This document shows positions 11,732 through 23,900 of a stretch of DNA of 64,000 nt, piece by piece; positions within the stretch are counted from its first letter, which is position 1, and the number at the start of each line of letters is the position of its first letter. The translations under genes and the position numbers were made by a program. The notes beneath the pieces were generated by a model, which was not told the origin of the DNA, did not search any database, and was given only the letters and a program-made list of their open reading frames with translations. The DNA comes from Narcine bancroftii (lineage: Eukaryota). Where the stretch lies: contig NC_091470.1 in NCBI RefSeq assembly GCF_036971445.1, forward strand, positions 209,560,001-209,624,000. The letters are read 5' to 3'.

Positions 11732-12750
11732 GGGGGACATCTCACGTAATGTTGAGGAGTAAGGAGAGGGCTTTACAAAGCTCCCGGATAATTATAAAAT
11801 AAAGGGAAAATGAAATACTTTACAGAAACTCAAACAGGAAGAAACTTTGTGGCAAAGATGTCGAAGAAGAATTAGCAGTTGTCGGCGACCTCAAGCTCCC
11901 AGCGAGAAGTGGAGTTTCCTCAAGGGAAAAGGGCCTAGAAACAGGGGGTTGTAGCTCATCCTGCCCCCACTCCCACTCCTGCAGGCAGCCCGACGCCTGG
12001 GAGGAATGGTGGAGTGTCCTCGGCATTGACGCTCTTGAAGAGGAGAGTGAGCTTGTGAACAGTAGAGGACGTGCATGGTGAAGAAAGAGCTCTCTCCCAT
12101 CAACCAAAGTACAGAGGACGAACTATGAATATTAAACCAGTGAGTGAAGTTAAGAAAGGTACAGCACAAGCCAAAGAAAAATATTATAATGAAGACAGAA
12201 AGAAAGTGGGAAGGACCTCAAAGGGCCGAATGACCTACTCCTGCTCCTATCTTCTATGTTTCTATGTTTTAACACAAATAAACTAGAATATGTCTTAAAA
12301 GTCATGACCAATTGGGGCCTTAAGTGACAGCAATGGAAGAAAAGGTGGATGAAATGACCAGGGAATGTGGAAATAGAATTAAATGAATGGGAAAATATGG
12401 GAAAAGATGGATTCTTTAGAGAATTTTAATAGAACAAAATTCAGGGAGGGAGGGGGAAAAACCCATCCACTTCATTCAATGACGCCCATCTAAAGTCCTG
12501 GGAGCACAAAAAGTTGGAGAAAATATCGTAATTGAGGTGTATAGATTCCCCTTTTCACATCCAGGAATGGATCAAAAACCACACCCCATATTAATTAGAT
12601 ACTTGAGATTCAAGGATTGTAAAAAAAAAGCTTTAGGAGAGAGAAGTACTGGAGGGAGGAGATTAGATTTGGGTTTTAAAGTCAACCTGTACCATGATTA
12701 AACTGAATTTTTACTTGAAAACCAAAATAAAATATTCAACTAAAAAGAGA
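11732..12750 (+). mobile_element. Degraded short L1-related element (5' end, ORF1 remnants, A-rich 3' end)
   Basis: Starts GGGGGACATCTCACGTAATG, resembling the 53127 element; purine-rich ORF1-like remnants (QEWIK, LIRYLRFKD); AATAAA near 12727. Confidence 0.4.
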
Positions 12751-13099
12751 GCACATACAATATAAAAATTGGTGCAAGAGCCAACCATTGAGTCTTTTCT
12801 GCCATTCTTTGGCTGATCTGATGATGGGCTCATCACCCACCTGCCTTTTCTCCATATCCATAAATTCCCCAAATGTATAAAAATCCATCCAACCTGGTTT
12901 TAAATCTACTTACTGAGGTCGCCTCCACTGCTTCAATAGGCAGCAAATTCAACAAATTCCTCATCTCTGTCCGAAATCTACTCCCCTGGATCTTAAGGCC
13001 ATGTCCCTGAATTCTGGGCATGGCAACAACTTCCCTACCTCTTAACTTATCTATGCCTTTCATAACTTTATTCGTCCTCTCTCATTCTTCCATTGAGTA

Positions 13100-13330
13100 A
13101 GGGGCGCGACCAAGGCAAACTTGACTCACTGTACGTGCCCAATATTAGCAGCAAGACTCGATTTAGTTCACGTAAACAATGAAATGAGCGCAGAAAATGG
13201 GGAATTCGGAATTGTGACTTTGTCCAGGGAGTGGGGGGTCATGCCCAATGGGAACAGAGGTGCTTATTAGCAGGCGGCCAATGAGCGCCGGGCGGCCCCG
13301 CCCACCGACGGCGAACTTTAGAAAAGTTGC
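13100..13330 (+). promoter_or_regulatory. YBX2: YBX2 promoter region
   Basis: CCAAT boxes at about 13139, 13245 and 13278; GC boxes gggcggccccgccc at about 13290-13303; locally raised CpG upstream of ATG 13487. Confidence 0.6.
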
Positions 13331-13486
13331 GGAAAGTTTGGCAGGAGTTGAGGGTCGAGTTTCAGGAGTTCGGGAAAGGTCTGTCACCGCAACCAAGGCT
13401 CCGTCCCTGGGCGTGTGGTCTCTCTCACTTCTGATTTGGCAGATACTATCAACTTCTCAAGAACTTTCCCCACCGCGGACGGGGCA

Positions 13487-13547
13487 ATGAGCGAGGCGGC
13501 GAATCAGCCCGAGGGAAGTTGCATTGCCGTAGAGAAGAAAGTACTCG
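13487..13547 (+). CDS. YBX2: Y-box protein 2 exon 1 (MSEAANQPEGSCIAVEKKVL)
   Basis: MSEA start; KKVL+G|GTATGG phase-1 donor matches Y-box gene exon 1 junction. Confidence 0.85.
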
Positions 13548-13841
13548 GTATGGGGGAGTTTGTAACAGAGAGGGAGGGGGAGAGATTGGCCGAGTGGCCA
13601 CCTGGGTGATATGATACCTTCTAGGAACTCCAGTTGTATCCACATCCCCCACCGACTGGTTAACTTAAAAAAAACTTCTTCCCCCATTCAATAAAGGTAA
13701 TAGTTTCAGAAAGGTGACAAGGAATTAAAACTATTTAAAGTCGGGCGCATGCGCTGCGAAAATTGGTTGAACTTTCTAAAAAGTTCCTGGAAATAGATTG
13801 AAAGACTGGTATCCCCCCTCCCTCCCCCCCTCCCTTCCCCC

Positions 13842-14003
13842 NNNNNNNNNNNNNNNNNNNNNNNNNNNNNNNNNNNNNNNNNNNNNNNNNNNNNNNNNNN
13901 NNNNNNNNNNNNNNNNNNNNNNNNNNNNNNNNNNNNNNNNNNNNNNNNNNNNNNNNNNNNNNNNNNNNNNNNNNNNNNNNNNNNNNNNNNNNNNNNNNNN
14001 NNN
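13842..14003. other. Assembly gap (162 N)
   Basis: Run of N. Confidence 1.
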
Positions 14004-15679
14004 CTTAATATGAACTTTGTTACTTGTTTGTTTCCTTTCTACTTAAGGTGACCTTGTGTGATTCTCATTTGTGTAGGGGGTTGCTTGATAATGAATGTTG
14101 GGGGGGTGTGATTGTTTGGCTGTGTGGAGTGGAGTTGTCGACAAGGGGGGAGCTTTGCATCTCAGTGAACCTTGTCTATTTAACAAGGAGACACGGGCAT
14201 ATAATGGGGTGGTGGTCTTGCAGAATGTTGCAAACAATTGGTGATTCGTATTGCAATGTAATTAATGTTCTGTCCACAATTCCAACCCAGCAGCATAATT
14301 ACATGATTTTTCGCTCTCTGTGCTGTAAGAGTTTCATGCATTGTGCAAATGATAACCTATACCTGTTGCTTTGTTAATTGGGATTGCTCTGTAAATCAGC
14401 AATGTGATTGGACTAGTGGCCCTGTCCAATCTGGCTTTGTGACTAGGTGTTGAAGGACACCATTAATTAATGACATTGGAGGGTGAAGCTCCTTCTAGCA
14501 TAGGTTTGGGATGTGGCGACCGTTGACCCCAGTTCTTTTGCAGTGCCCCCCCCCCCACCCCTGGTTTACATTTGCTGTCAAGTGGGCCAGTGTGTGGTGG
14601 GGAAGATTGTCTGTTGGGGAGGCCTCCGAGATATCCCATGTGTAGTACAGCAGAGTGATCTTCTGCTGAAGCAGTGCAGTTTTACTGGTGTGGGGCTTCA
14701 TTCAAGAGCCTGATCACAGCAGGGGTTGAAGCTGGCAGTGCAGGATCTCATGCTCACAGGAGAGGGGAATTGAAGAGAGTGGGGTGAGTCTCTTAATGGG
14801 TTGGCTGCTTTTACAAGGCAGTGGAGGGGGATTTAATGTCGGACTTGGTGTTCACATGGATTATACATTTGTATTGGCCATCAGCGCTGTCCATTACACT
14901 GGCTGCAACCTTCTCTCACGAACCAGTTTTGCTCATTTTGAAATGTCTTGTGTGATGGATTTTGCATCATTTCTGGTCTCAAACTAGCATGACTTAAAGT
15001 GGTTAATAATATCACCCCTTAATCCTGGCCCATGCTGCCTGTGTAGAGTTTGCAACTTCTCCCCATGACCTGTGTGCGAGAGGATGGGTGACTGGTTACG
15101 TGGAGGATGAGCCCCACAGCCCCTGGGGCCTGTTTTCTTGGTCCAACAAGGTGATGGCTGATGCTCCATATTCCTGATCAGCCCCAACTATATTTGAAGC
15201 CAATTCTCTGACGGAAATTCAGCCTCCCTGGAAAGGACCAGTTGTCGAGTTTCTATCTCCACAGATGCTGCCTCACGCTTGATGTATAATTTCTGATTTC
15301 CAGAGTCTATGTAGCTCAGATTGTTGGTTCATGTCTTAAAGCCTAGAGTCTGATTAAGAGTTTCCTTTTCAAAATATTTTTTGGCACTCCTGTTCATGAG
15401 GTTTCAACCATTGCTGGTAAAAGTGTGAAGTTTATAAGAGATGGGTTTCCAGGACGGTTTATTTAATTAGAGCAACAAGGCGAGATTCATTTTTGGCCTG
15501 ATATTGAAAAGGATTTCGGGCAACGTTAGGAACAGAATTTTGCGTCAAGATCTGTTAGTGTTTTGGTTTAAGGTTCAAGATGCTTTTATTGTCATTTATA
15601 TGAAATTAGCTATCTGTAAAGGCTTTTGATGAAAGTACGGTGGTTAGGTTACCAAGCTGAGGAGGAGGTAAAGCATTGA

Positions 15680-16640
15680 GGCATAGAAACAGGCCTTAAA
15701 CCATTCTATTATTCTCCCTAGTCCCACTGACCTGTACCCAGTCCATAGCCCTCCATACCTCTCACAGGTTCCAAATTCTTAACTGTTAAATTTGAATCCA
15801 CATTCACCACTTCAGCTTGTTCCACACTCCCTCCACTCTCTGGGTGAGGAAGTTTCCCTTTCAGCCTTGACGTGTGTCCTCTGGTTTGTATCTCACCTCC
15901 CCTTAGTGGGGTAAAGCTGACCTACATTTACTCTGTCTATCCCCCTTGTAATTTTAAACACCTCCATCAAATCTCTCCTCGTTCTTCTGCGCTCCAGGGA
16001 ATAAAGTCTGTACCCATTCATTGCAAATTCTACCTTGAGCCATAAAATCCCAACAGGTGATGCAGCTGTGGCTACTGTGGGGCCAACGATGGGGTGAGGT
16101 GCAGAGGCTTGGCAGCATAGGGCCTCTGTGGGCAGAGGAGAGCTCGGAGCAGGGAGCTTGAGGAAGGAACTGTGGGGCACATCCTCGGGATTTGCTGACA
16201 TTGCCCGGAAGAATTGCCTTTGCCCTGTTGCAGCATGCAAAGGGGCTGTTCTGCCCACTGAGTGCATCCTGACCCCAACCCATTTACACGAATCCCATTT
16301 TACTCTTTCCCCACCTTCCTGCCATCTCCCATAAACTTTCCACCCCTCACCTCGTACAGACATCCTCTAGTGTTTGCTGTTGTTATGCCAGGAAAGAGGT
16401 GCTAACTGTCCACTGTCCACATCATGTAAATGTCTATGGCCTCGTAATCTTGCGCACCTCTATCAAGTCTCCTCTCATCCTTTTTCGCTCCAAAGAGAAA
16501 AGTCCCAGCTCTGCTAACTTTGCCTCATAAGACCCATTCTCCAATCCCGACAACATCCTGGTGAATCTCCTCTACCCCCTGTCTGTACCTTCCCCATCCT
16601 TCCTGTAATGAGGTGACCAGAACTGAATGTAATACTTATT
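15680..16640 (-). mobile_element. CR1-type LINE fragments (intronic)
   Basis: LYSLERRRTRRDLMEVFKITRGIDRV; second fragment at 16380-16640. Confidence 0.7.
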
Positions 16641-17458
16641 GTAGACACTGATTTCACTGGTGGATGGTATCTTGATGTGCCTCAAATCCTTCAGAGGTGC
16701 TGGACAAAGTCGACGTTTGCTCTCGCTGATGATTTATGGGCCGAGGCTAACCATGCAGTCTGAAATGAAAAATCCCTGGTATATTCTGTAGGGCAGGCGG
16801 CAGGAGGGAGAGACGAGCAGCACTTCATGATGCTTGGAATTTGGTGGGACTCTGGGGGAGGGGCAATTGGGACAAGATCTGGGATGGGGCTGAATTTGGT
16901 CCATGGGTTCTTGGAGTAAATGACGAGTTCATTGTCGTAAGCTGAAATACTCTGGAACCATACAGATATTTTTTTTTACCAACCACAACAGTCTTGCATT
17001 GAAAAAGATGTTCATGGATAGTACCAAATGTTTATGGGTAGTAACTGTCCAGGATGGCACAGTTTTGAAGGGCTGAATGGTCTGCTTTTTTAAATCTGGG
17101 TGCCTCCATGATGGTGGAAAGGTGCCTATCAAGGAGGAGAATTTTTTAGCTATACAGCCCTTCTAGCACACGAGTCTATGCCGCCCAATTATCCTACATT
17201 TGGAATGGTGGGAGGAAACTCCCATAGACACGAGGAGATTGTTGTTTGGCCTCTTGAGCCACTGTCTTGGCATCTCAGCACTGGTTTTTGTGTTCTATTT
17301 GACTCATGCAAACCTGTCAGCTCAATCTGTCTCCCACTTGCTTGCATGTTGCTAGTGGAAATGGGGAGGACGGGAAATTGTGAGGAACAAATCAAGTCCC
17401 TCGCAAGGGAGAGCTGCTAGAAATCTTATGGCTGTTATTTTTCTGCTTCAAAACGCAG

Positions 17459-17522
17459 CCACCAGTGTACTGGGCACCGTGAAGTGGTTCAACGTTCGAA
17501 ATGGCTACGGCTTCATCAACAG
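17459..17522 (+). CDS. YBX2: YBX2 exon 2, cold-shock domain RNP1 (64 nt)
   Basis: cag|..[21 protein letters not shown]|gtaacg; canonical 64-nt Y-box exon. Confidence 0.96.
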
Positions 17523-19233
17523 GTAACGAGGTTGGGTTCCAGTTTGCTCGTGGCTTTCAGCAAGGGTGGCCTGGGGGGGGGGGGGGGGGCGTGGGGGTGT
17601 GGAGTGCTGGAGAAACCTGGCAGGTTTTATTGATTATTAATGTGAGATACTGAGATACACAAGTACAATATATCTATATACATGCAGTACAGGCCCTTCA
17701 GCCCTTGATATTGTGCTGACCCATATATTCCTTAAAAACCACCCTACCCGTAAGACTTTCTTTCATCCATGCTATACCCAAGAAACCCTTTCCTTCCCCA
17801 ACCCTCTCTTCCTCCAGCACCCCACCACTTCCCCCTCCAGCCAGAGAGCTGCGTCCCTCCCCATCACTTCTCAGCTTCTTTCTCTTCTGTCCTCCCACCC
17901 ATATCCACCAATGGCCTTGAAGCTGTTCCTCCCTCCGCCCCACATTTTTAATTTGGGCCCCAGCCTGGTCTTTTTTGGTTGTTGCTTGTACCTTGATGAA
18001 GGGCCCAGGCCCAAAACGCTGGTCAGCCTGTGGATGCTGGGTGACTTTGCTGAGTTTCTCCAGCGCAGTTGTGCATTGTGGTTCAGCCTAGCTGTGCACC
18101 TCCTTCCTGTTGGTAGCAGGTAAAAGACCACATCGGAGTATGGGATCAAACTTGCTTTTCTGGAGTGAGAGTCTGTAATTCTACCTGCTGGCCTGCTGAG
18201 TTTTTATGGGGTTGGGGGGGAGGGGGATGTGGGAAAGAATGCAGGGAGAATGTAAACACCAAGGGGAACCAACTGATTCCACAACGTAACTTTGCAGCTG
18301 AAATCCCCCTTCCCTAGATCTGTTCCCTACGTCCTGCAAACACAATTGGGTGCAAGTATTTTTTGTTGTGGCTTGACCTGAACTTTCCTCCTCTCCTAAC
18401 CTGAGATCCAGCGCCTTTCAACTTCCCCACCTTTTGGAGATCTAGCCACTTCGTTCCCAGCCACCCATGGACCAGAACACTTGTCTTTTTGTCTCAGTCT
18501 TGTTTGCTCATTCCAGGAGTGGGGGGGTTTAGATGTAACAAGGAAGTTTCTCCCCGGAGGGCATCAGTTTGAAGATTTGTAGTGGGTCCAAGGAAATGTC
18601 TGTCTCACTCAAAGGGTGGCTGGAATCTGGTACGTGCCGCCTGAGGGGTTGGTGGAGACTGAGACTAACCCCAGTTCAAAAAAACCTCTGGACAAGTGCT
18701 TATACCCCCTAAAGTTGAGGAGGTGACATATTCTCTGGGTGAACATTTTGAGTGTGAATGGAGATGTGGTTATCATCAACATGATGGGCTGAAAGGCCTG
18801 TTCGACTCCAGACATTGATGACTTCAGGACAGTCCTGTTGACCTTTGTCCTCCATACCACACCCATCCATGTACCTGTCCAAATTTTTCTTAAATGTTAA
18901 ACTGAGTCCGCATTCACCACCTTGGCTCGTTCCACCTCTGTGTGAAGAAGTTCCCCGCCCCCCCCACACTTAAACTTCTCCCCTTTCGCCCTTAACATGT
19001 CCCCCCAACTTCGGGGGGGGGGGGGCGGGGTGGGAAAAAGCTCCTTGCATTTCCTCTAATGAGACCCTGATAATTTTGTATCCAATCTCCTCTTGTTCTT
19101 CTGTGCTCCAGGGAATGAAGTTCCAACCTGCTTAATTTTTCCTTTTAATTCAGTTCTTCAAGTGGAGAGTCATGCAATTCTTCCACAGTTTGTGTGTCTC
19201 CACTGACTATTTCTTCTCTCCCTTTTCTTCAAG

Positions 19234-19267
19234 GAATGACACAAAAGAAGATGTTTTTGTTCACCAG
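19234..19267 (+). CDS. YBX2: YBX2 exon 3 (34 nt)
   Basis: aag|..NDTKEDVFVHQ|gtatgt. Confidence 0.96.
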
Positions 19268-20149
19268 GTATGTCTTATGGTTCTTGTATCTTTTCCCGAT
19301 TCCGCAGTGGTTGGGGTGGGGCTGGAGATGAGGGAAAGGCTTCTCTCCATTCAAAGGGTTTTGGGGGGGTTGGGTACATTGTCATGAACAGGTCACAATT
19401 TGTTTTGCAGCAACAAAATTGTGTAGGATTAGTGCAAAGAATTCATATAAATTACATTTCAGTAAATACACGGTATATTAAAAAAAAGTTAGGGCAAAAG
19501 CGGAGAAAGTGGGGCTGCGTCTGTGGGTCGTTGTCCATTCAGGAATCTGATGGTGGAGGGGAAGGATTTGTGCTGCTGGGTGCTTGTCTTCAGGCTCCTG
19601 TACCTCCTTCCCAATGGTAACAGAGTGAAGAGGGCATGGCCTGAGTGGTGGGGGTGGTCCTTGAGACTAGAGGTTGCTTTCTTCACACACCGCCTCTTGT
19701 TGAGTGGAGTCTGTTGCCCGTGATGGCTGCTTTCTTAGAAACCTCCCAAGAGGTCACCAACTGCCACGGGTTTCTGTGTGAGGCAGGCACCTTGTTTGGC
19801 AAATAATGTGAGGAATGGGATGTGACATCAAGCAGTTGTCCCAGGCGGACACTATGATTGTAGTAAAAATGCACAGTAAATACAGGAGGACCTTGGCCGC
19901 TCTTGCAACGTCCACAGGAGGTGAAGATCTATCACCGACATTTCAGGCCAGAGCCCTTCCTCAAGCCTGCCTGCTTCTTCGCACACCTTGAGGGAAGGCT
20001 CAGTCCTGAGGTGTCAGTGATTTACAATACCTTTACCTCCTGTGGATGCTGAGAGACTGGCCGAGTTCCTGCAGCTCTCTCTTTCCCTCTGCCATCCTGT
20101 TCCCCTCCCTCTCCAGTTTCTTGGTTGGTCATAGATCACCTGTAGAACA

Positions 20150-20750
20150 TGGAACATTGAGCAGAGAGCTACAGCCCAGTGCAGGCCCTTTGGCCCTCGA
20201 TGTTGTGCCAACCCATATATTCCTTAAAAAGAAATACTAAACCCTCCCCTCCATGTCACCTATTTTTCTTTAATCCACTTGGTTTGTCTAAGAGTCTCTG
20301 AAATGCCCCTATTGTTCCAGCCTCCACCATTATCCCCAGCAAGGCATTCCAGGCATCCACCACTCTGTCTATTAAAAAAAAAAGTACCCCTGATGTCTCC
20401 CCTAAACTTCCCTCCCTTCACTTTGTCCACTGGTATTTGCTACTCCTGCCCTGGGAAACAGGCACTGTCTGTCCATGCCTTTCAGAATCTTATCAACCTC
20501 TCCTCCTTTTTTGCTCCAAAGAGAAAAGTCCCAGCTCTGCTAACTTTGTCTTATAAGGTTTGTTTCCCAATCCAGGCAACACCTCTGTCCCCTCTCCATA
20601 GCTTCCACAACCTTCCTATAATGAGGTGACCACACCTGAACACAATACTCCAGAGATTTGTCGAGCTGCAACATGACCTCCTGACACTTGAGCTCAATCC
20701 CCTGATTGGTGAAGCCCAGTGTCTCATAGGTCTCCTTAACTATCTCGTCA
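20150..20750 (-). mobile_element. CR1-type LINE 3' fragment
   Basis: Homologous to copies at 16380-16640 and 29010-29620 (gagaaaagtcccagctctgctaacttt). Confidence 0.7.
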
Positions 20751-21197
20751 AGGTTGGATTAAAATGCTCCAGGGTTCCCTTGGAAATTTCTTTGGAGGTC
20801 TCTGTGGGATCTCCCTTCCTCCTTGAACTGTCTTGATTTTAATTTGGACATAAAGCACGGTAACAGGCCCTTCCGGCCCACAGGCCCGTACTGCCTGAAT
20901 ACACCAATTCACCCTCAACCCCTATGCGTTGGGAGGAAACCCCTCCATTTTCACACAGTGAGAACATACAAACTCCTCTGAGACAGTGCTTTATTGGAAC
21001 CTGGGGTGCAGTCATAGTCTTGTGCTAACTATGCTGCTCATGAAAGGTTGCTAAGAAAACATCAGGCCTTGGGCACATGTTTCGGAAATGGAGGGGGAGG
21101 GTATTTGGATGTAATTTGGGGGTGTGGTGGGAACTGAGGCAGCGCGTGCCAGTTGGGCATTTGCTGCAGCTCAGACTTGTGCCCTTCCCACCTGCAG

Positions 21198-21287
21198 ACG
21201 GCCATCAAGAAGAACAACCCTCGCAAGTACCTGCGGAGCGTTGGAGACGGAGAGACGGTGGAGTTTGATGTGGTTGCGGGTGAGAAG
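21198..21287 (+). CDS. YBX2: YBX2 exon 4 (90 nt)
   Basis: cag|[30 protein letters not shown]|gtgagg. Confidence 0.96.
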
Positions 21288-22869
21288 GTGAGGCCTTGCC
21301 AGAGCTCTCCCCTTTCTGAGGGAAAGGCTGGTTGCTGAGGGTTTGGTGAGGCAAGGTGGGCAGGAAGCAAGGGGCTGAGATCCATCACTAACGTTTAGTT
21401 CCCGCAATTTTGGTGAACAACTGGACAACTATTTTTTTCAGAAAGTTCACTTCTAGAAAGCAAATTGGTGATTCTGATGGACAACTTCAAGCTGAACACT
21501 AGGATAACTTCAAATTTGCTGCATCAAGTAGAAAGTTGGAGAAACCTTGCATTAACTTTTATTGAATTTAGCGTGTTTAATCGCATAATGACGCTGACAC
21601 TTTGCGTCAGTTCAGTCGACCTAAAAATGTTTTGCCGCTGATTTTCGTTTGTACTCAGCATCTGATGCCTCTCGTGTCAGTGTCCAACAATAGTCAGCCG
21701 GCGTTGACAGATTCCAGTTGCCCTGATACCGCTTTCCCACGGTTGCAATGACCTGGTGAAACCTTTACCGTGTTCATCACTGACAGCACCAAGATCAGTC
21801 GGGAGGACATCCAGGGGCGAATGCAGAGAATGAATTTTCAACAATGGTTTTGTCTGCTTGAAGGAGACTTAAAATGTGACAGGAAATCTCAAAAATAAGT
21901 TTATATCTAAACAATGGTGCATGATAGGAAAATATAAAGATGTTTTTGATCAGCAGCCCAACATCCATAAAATACAGCGTAAAGTGTTCAGGAAGCAAAA
22001 TCTTTATTGTCTAGTGTGATTAACTGATTCCTTGTCCAATGCAGGTGTGTGTAATCAAACTGGGTTACAATTTGCTGCAGATTGAAATTCCACACCCTAT
22101 TCCCACACTGACATGTCTGCCCACATCGTGCACTGCCAGACTAAGGCCACACAGAAATTGGAGAAACAGCACCTTGTATTCCATCTGACCTCTCTCCAAC
22201 TAGTCAGTGTTAATATTGACTTCCCAAATTTCTGTTAACATCACAAGATACAGAGGCAAAGTAGGGCATCAGCCCATCGAGTCTGCTCTGCCATTCTATC
22301 ATGAAGTTGATCCATCCTCTCTCAGCCTCCTGTTAACCCCTCCTCTTCCATGTTTGTCTCCTTCCTGGTCCCTCTGTTTCCTTCCCTCCCCATCACTTCT
22401 ACCCTCCCACCTGTGACCTCAGACCTGTTGGCCTCCCTTCCTCCCCCGGAGTCCAGGCCGTCTCCTTTATTCATAAACCCGCTTTCTATTTGCCCTGACC
22501 TTGACAAGGGGCCCAGGCCCTGAAACGTCAGTGACCCTTTTCCTGCAGACGCTGCATGACCTGCTGAGTCTCCAGCACCATTGTTCCCTGGGATTTATTC
22601 TGGTTTCATCAGCTTTGCTGGTTGCCCCTTCCTACATGAGGGAGGCCTCCTGTTGCCCAGGCATCGTGACTCATAGGGCATTGTGGATGGTAATGGTGCA
22701 TGCTCTATCTCCTTCAGCCCTGCTGTCTCTGATGTGCAGGGAGCGGGTGGGGGAGTTAATTTGCCTCTTGTTGTCCTGCATTAGGAAGAGGGGGGTGTGA
22801 GTTGGGTTGGGGAGGGTTTGATGGTGCCCACTCTCTACCTCCTCTCCTTCTCCCCCACCCCACGTGCAG

Positions 22870-22989
22870 GGAGCGGAGGCGGCCAATGTCAGTGGTCCTG
22901 GTGGTGTCCCAGTGAAGGGGAGCCGCTACGCTCCGAACCGCCGCCGATTCCGAAGAGGCTTTGTCCGCCGCCGGGAGCCCGCAACTCAG
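22870..22989 (+). CDS. YBX2: YBX2 exon 5 (120 nt), ending at a GC donor
   Basis: cag|[40 protein letters not shown]|GCAAGT; [11 protein letters not shown] is the YBX2-type signature; phase 0. Confidence 0.85.
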
Positions 22990-23464
22990 GCAAGTGGAAG
23001 GGTTCCCGAAACGTCTCGGCTGACGGTGAACAGGTTGCGGTGACCTGTCGTGGAGGAGGCTGTTCAGCCCCTTGTCTGTGCTGTCTTTGATGAGATATTT
23101 TGCCAATTTTTTTTCCTGTATTGTGCTTTCGAGCGTGCATTCCTTTGTGTTCCCTAAAATAACGTTCAGCAACTGAGATTCCTGCTGGATAAAGATGGAT
23201 CCCACCCCCAGCTTGAAATAATGTTGTCTCTGTTAAATAGATAAAAACATCAAGCAGGAGAAAGTCAGCAGGTCGATCGGTGCCCTTTAGGTGGCAAAGA
23301 TAAAGGTGCAGAAGTAGCGTTTCGGGCTCGAGCCTTTCAATAAAGGGCACAGTCCGACCTACTGAGTTTCTTCAGCTTCATGTTTTCACTTCAACCACAG
23401 CATCTGCGGACGTCCATGTTTTCACTTCTCTTAAATAGATCACCCCTTATTTTAACTGTTCCAT

Positions 23465-23900
23465 AAGAAATGGGGCAGGGGCCGGCCATTCAGCCCATCG
23501 AGCCTGCTCCACCATCCACCATGGCTGATCTGATGAGGGGCTCATCTCCACCAACCTTCCTTTTCCCCCCCCATATCCCTTCATTCTACGACTGTATAAA
23601 AATCTACCCAACCTGGTCTTAAATATATTTACTGAGGTCGTCTCCACTGCTTCAACGGGCACCAAATTCCACAGATTCCCCACCCTCTGGGAAAAGCATC
23701 TCAAACCTAAATCTCCTCCCCTGGATCTTGAGGCAATGACCCCTAGTTCTGGCCTCCCACCCATAGAAATAACTTGCCTAACTCTCCCCTTATCTGTGCC
23801 TTTTGTAATTTTATACATTTCTGTAAGATCCCCTCTCGTTCTGAATTCCAGCGAGAACAGTCCCAGACAACCTGATCTCTCCTCTCAGGCCAACCCCTCA
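23465..23900 (-). mobile_element. CR1-type LINE 3' fragment
   Basis: MYKITKGTDK...FSQRVGNLWNLVP; same subfamily as 4015-4510 and 12770-13095. Confidence 0.7.

Noticed and set aside
13248-13490. Upstream ORF overlapping the YBX2 start
   Set aside because: Its ATG lies among CCAAT/GC boxes, probably upstream of the TSS
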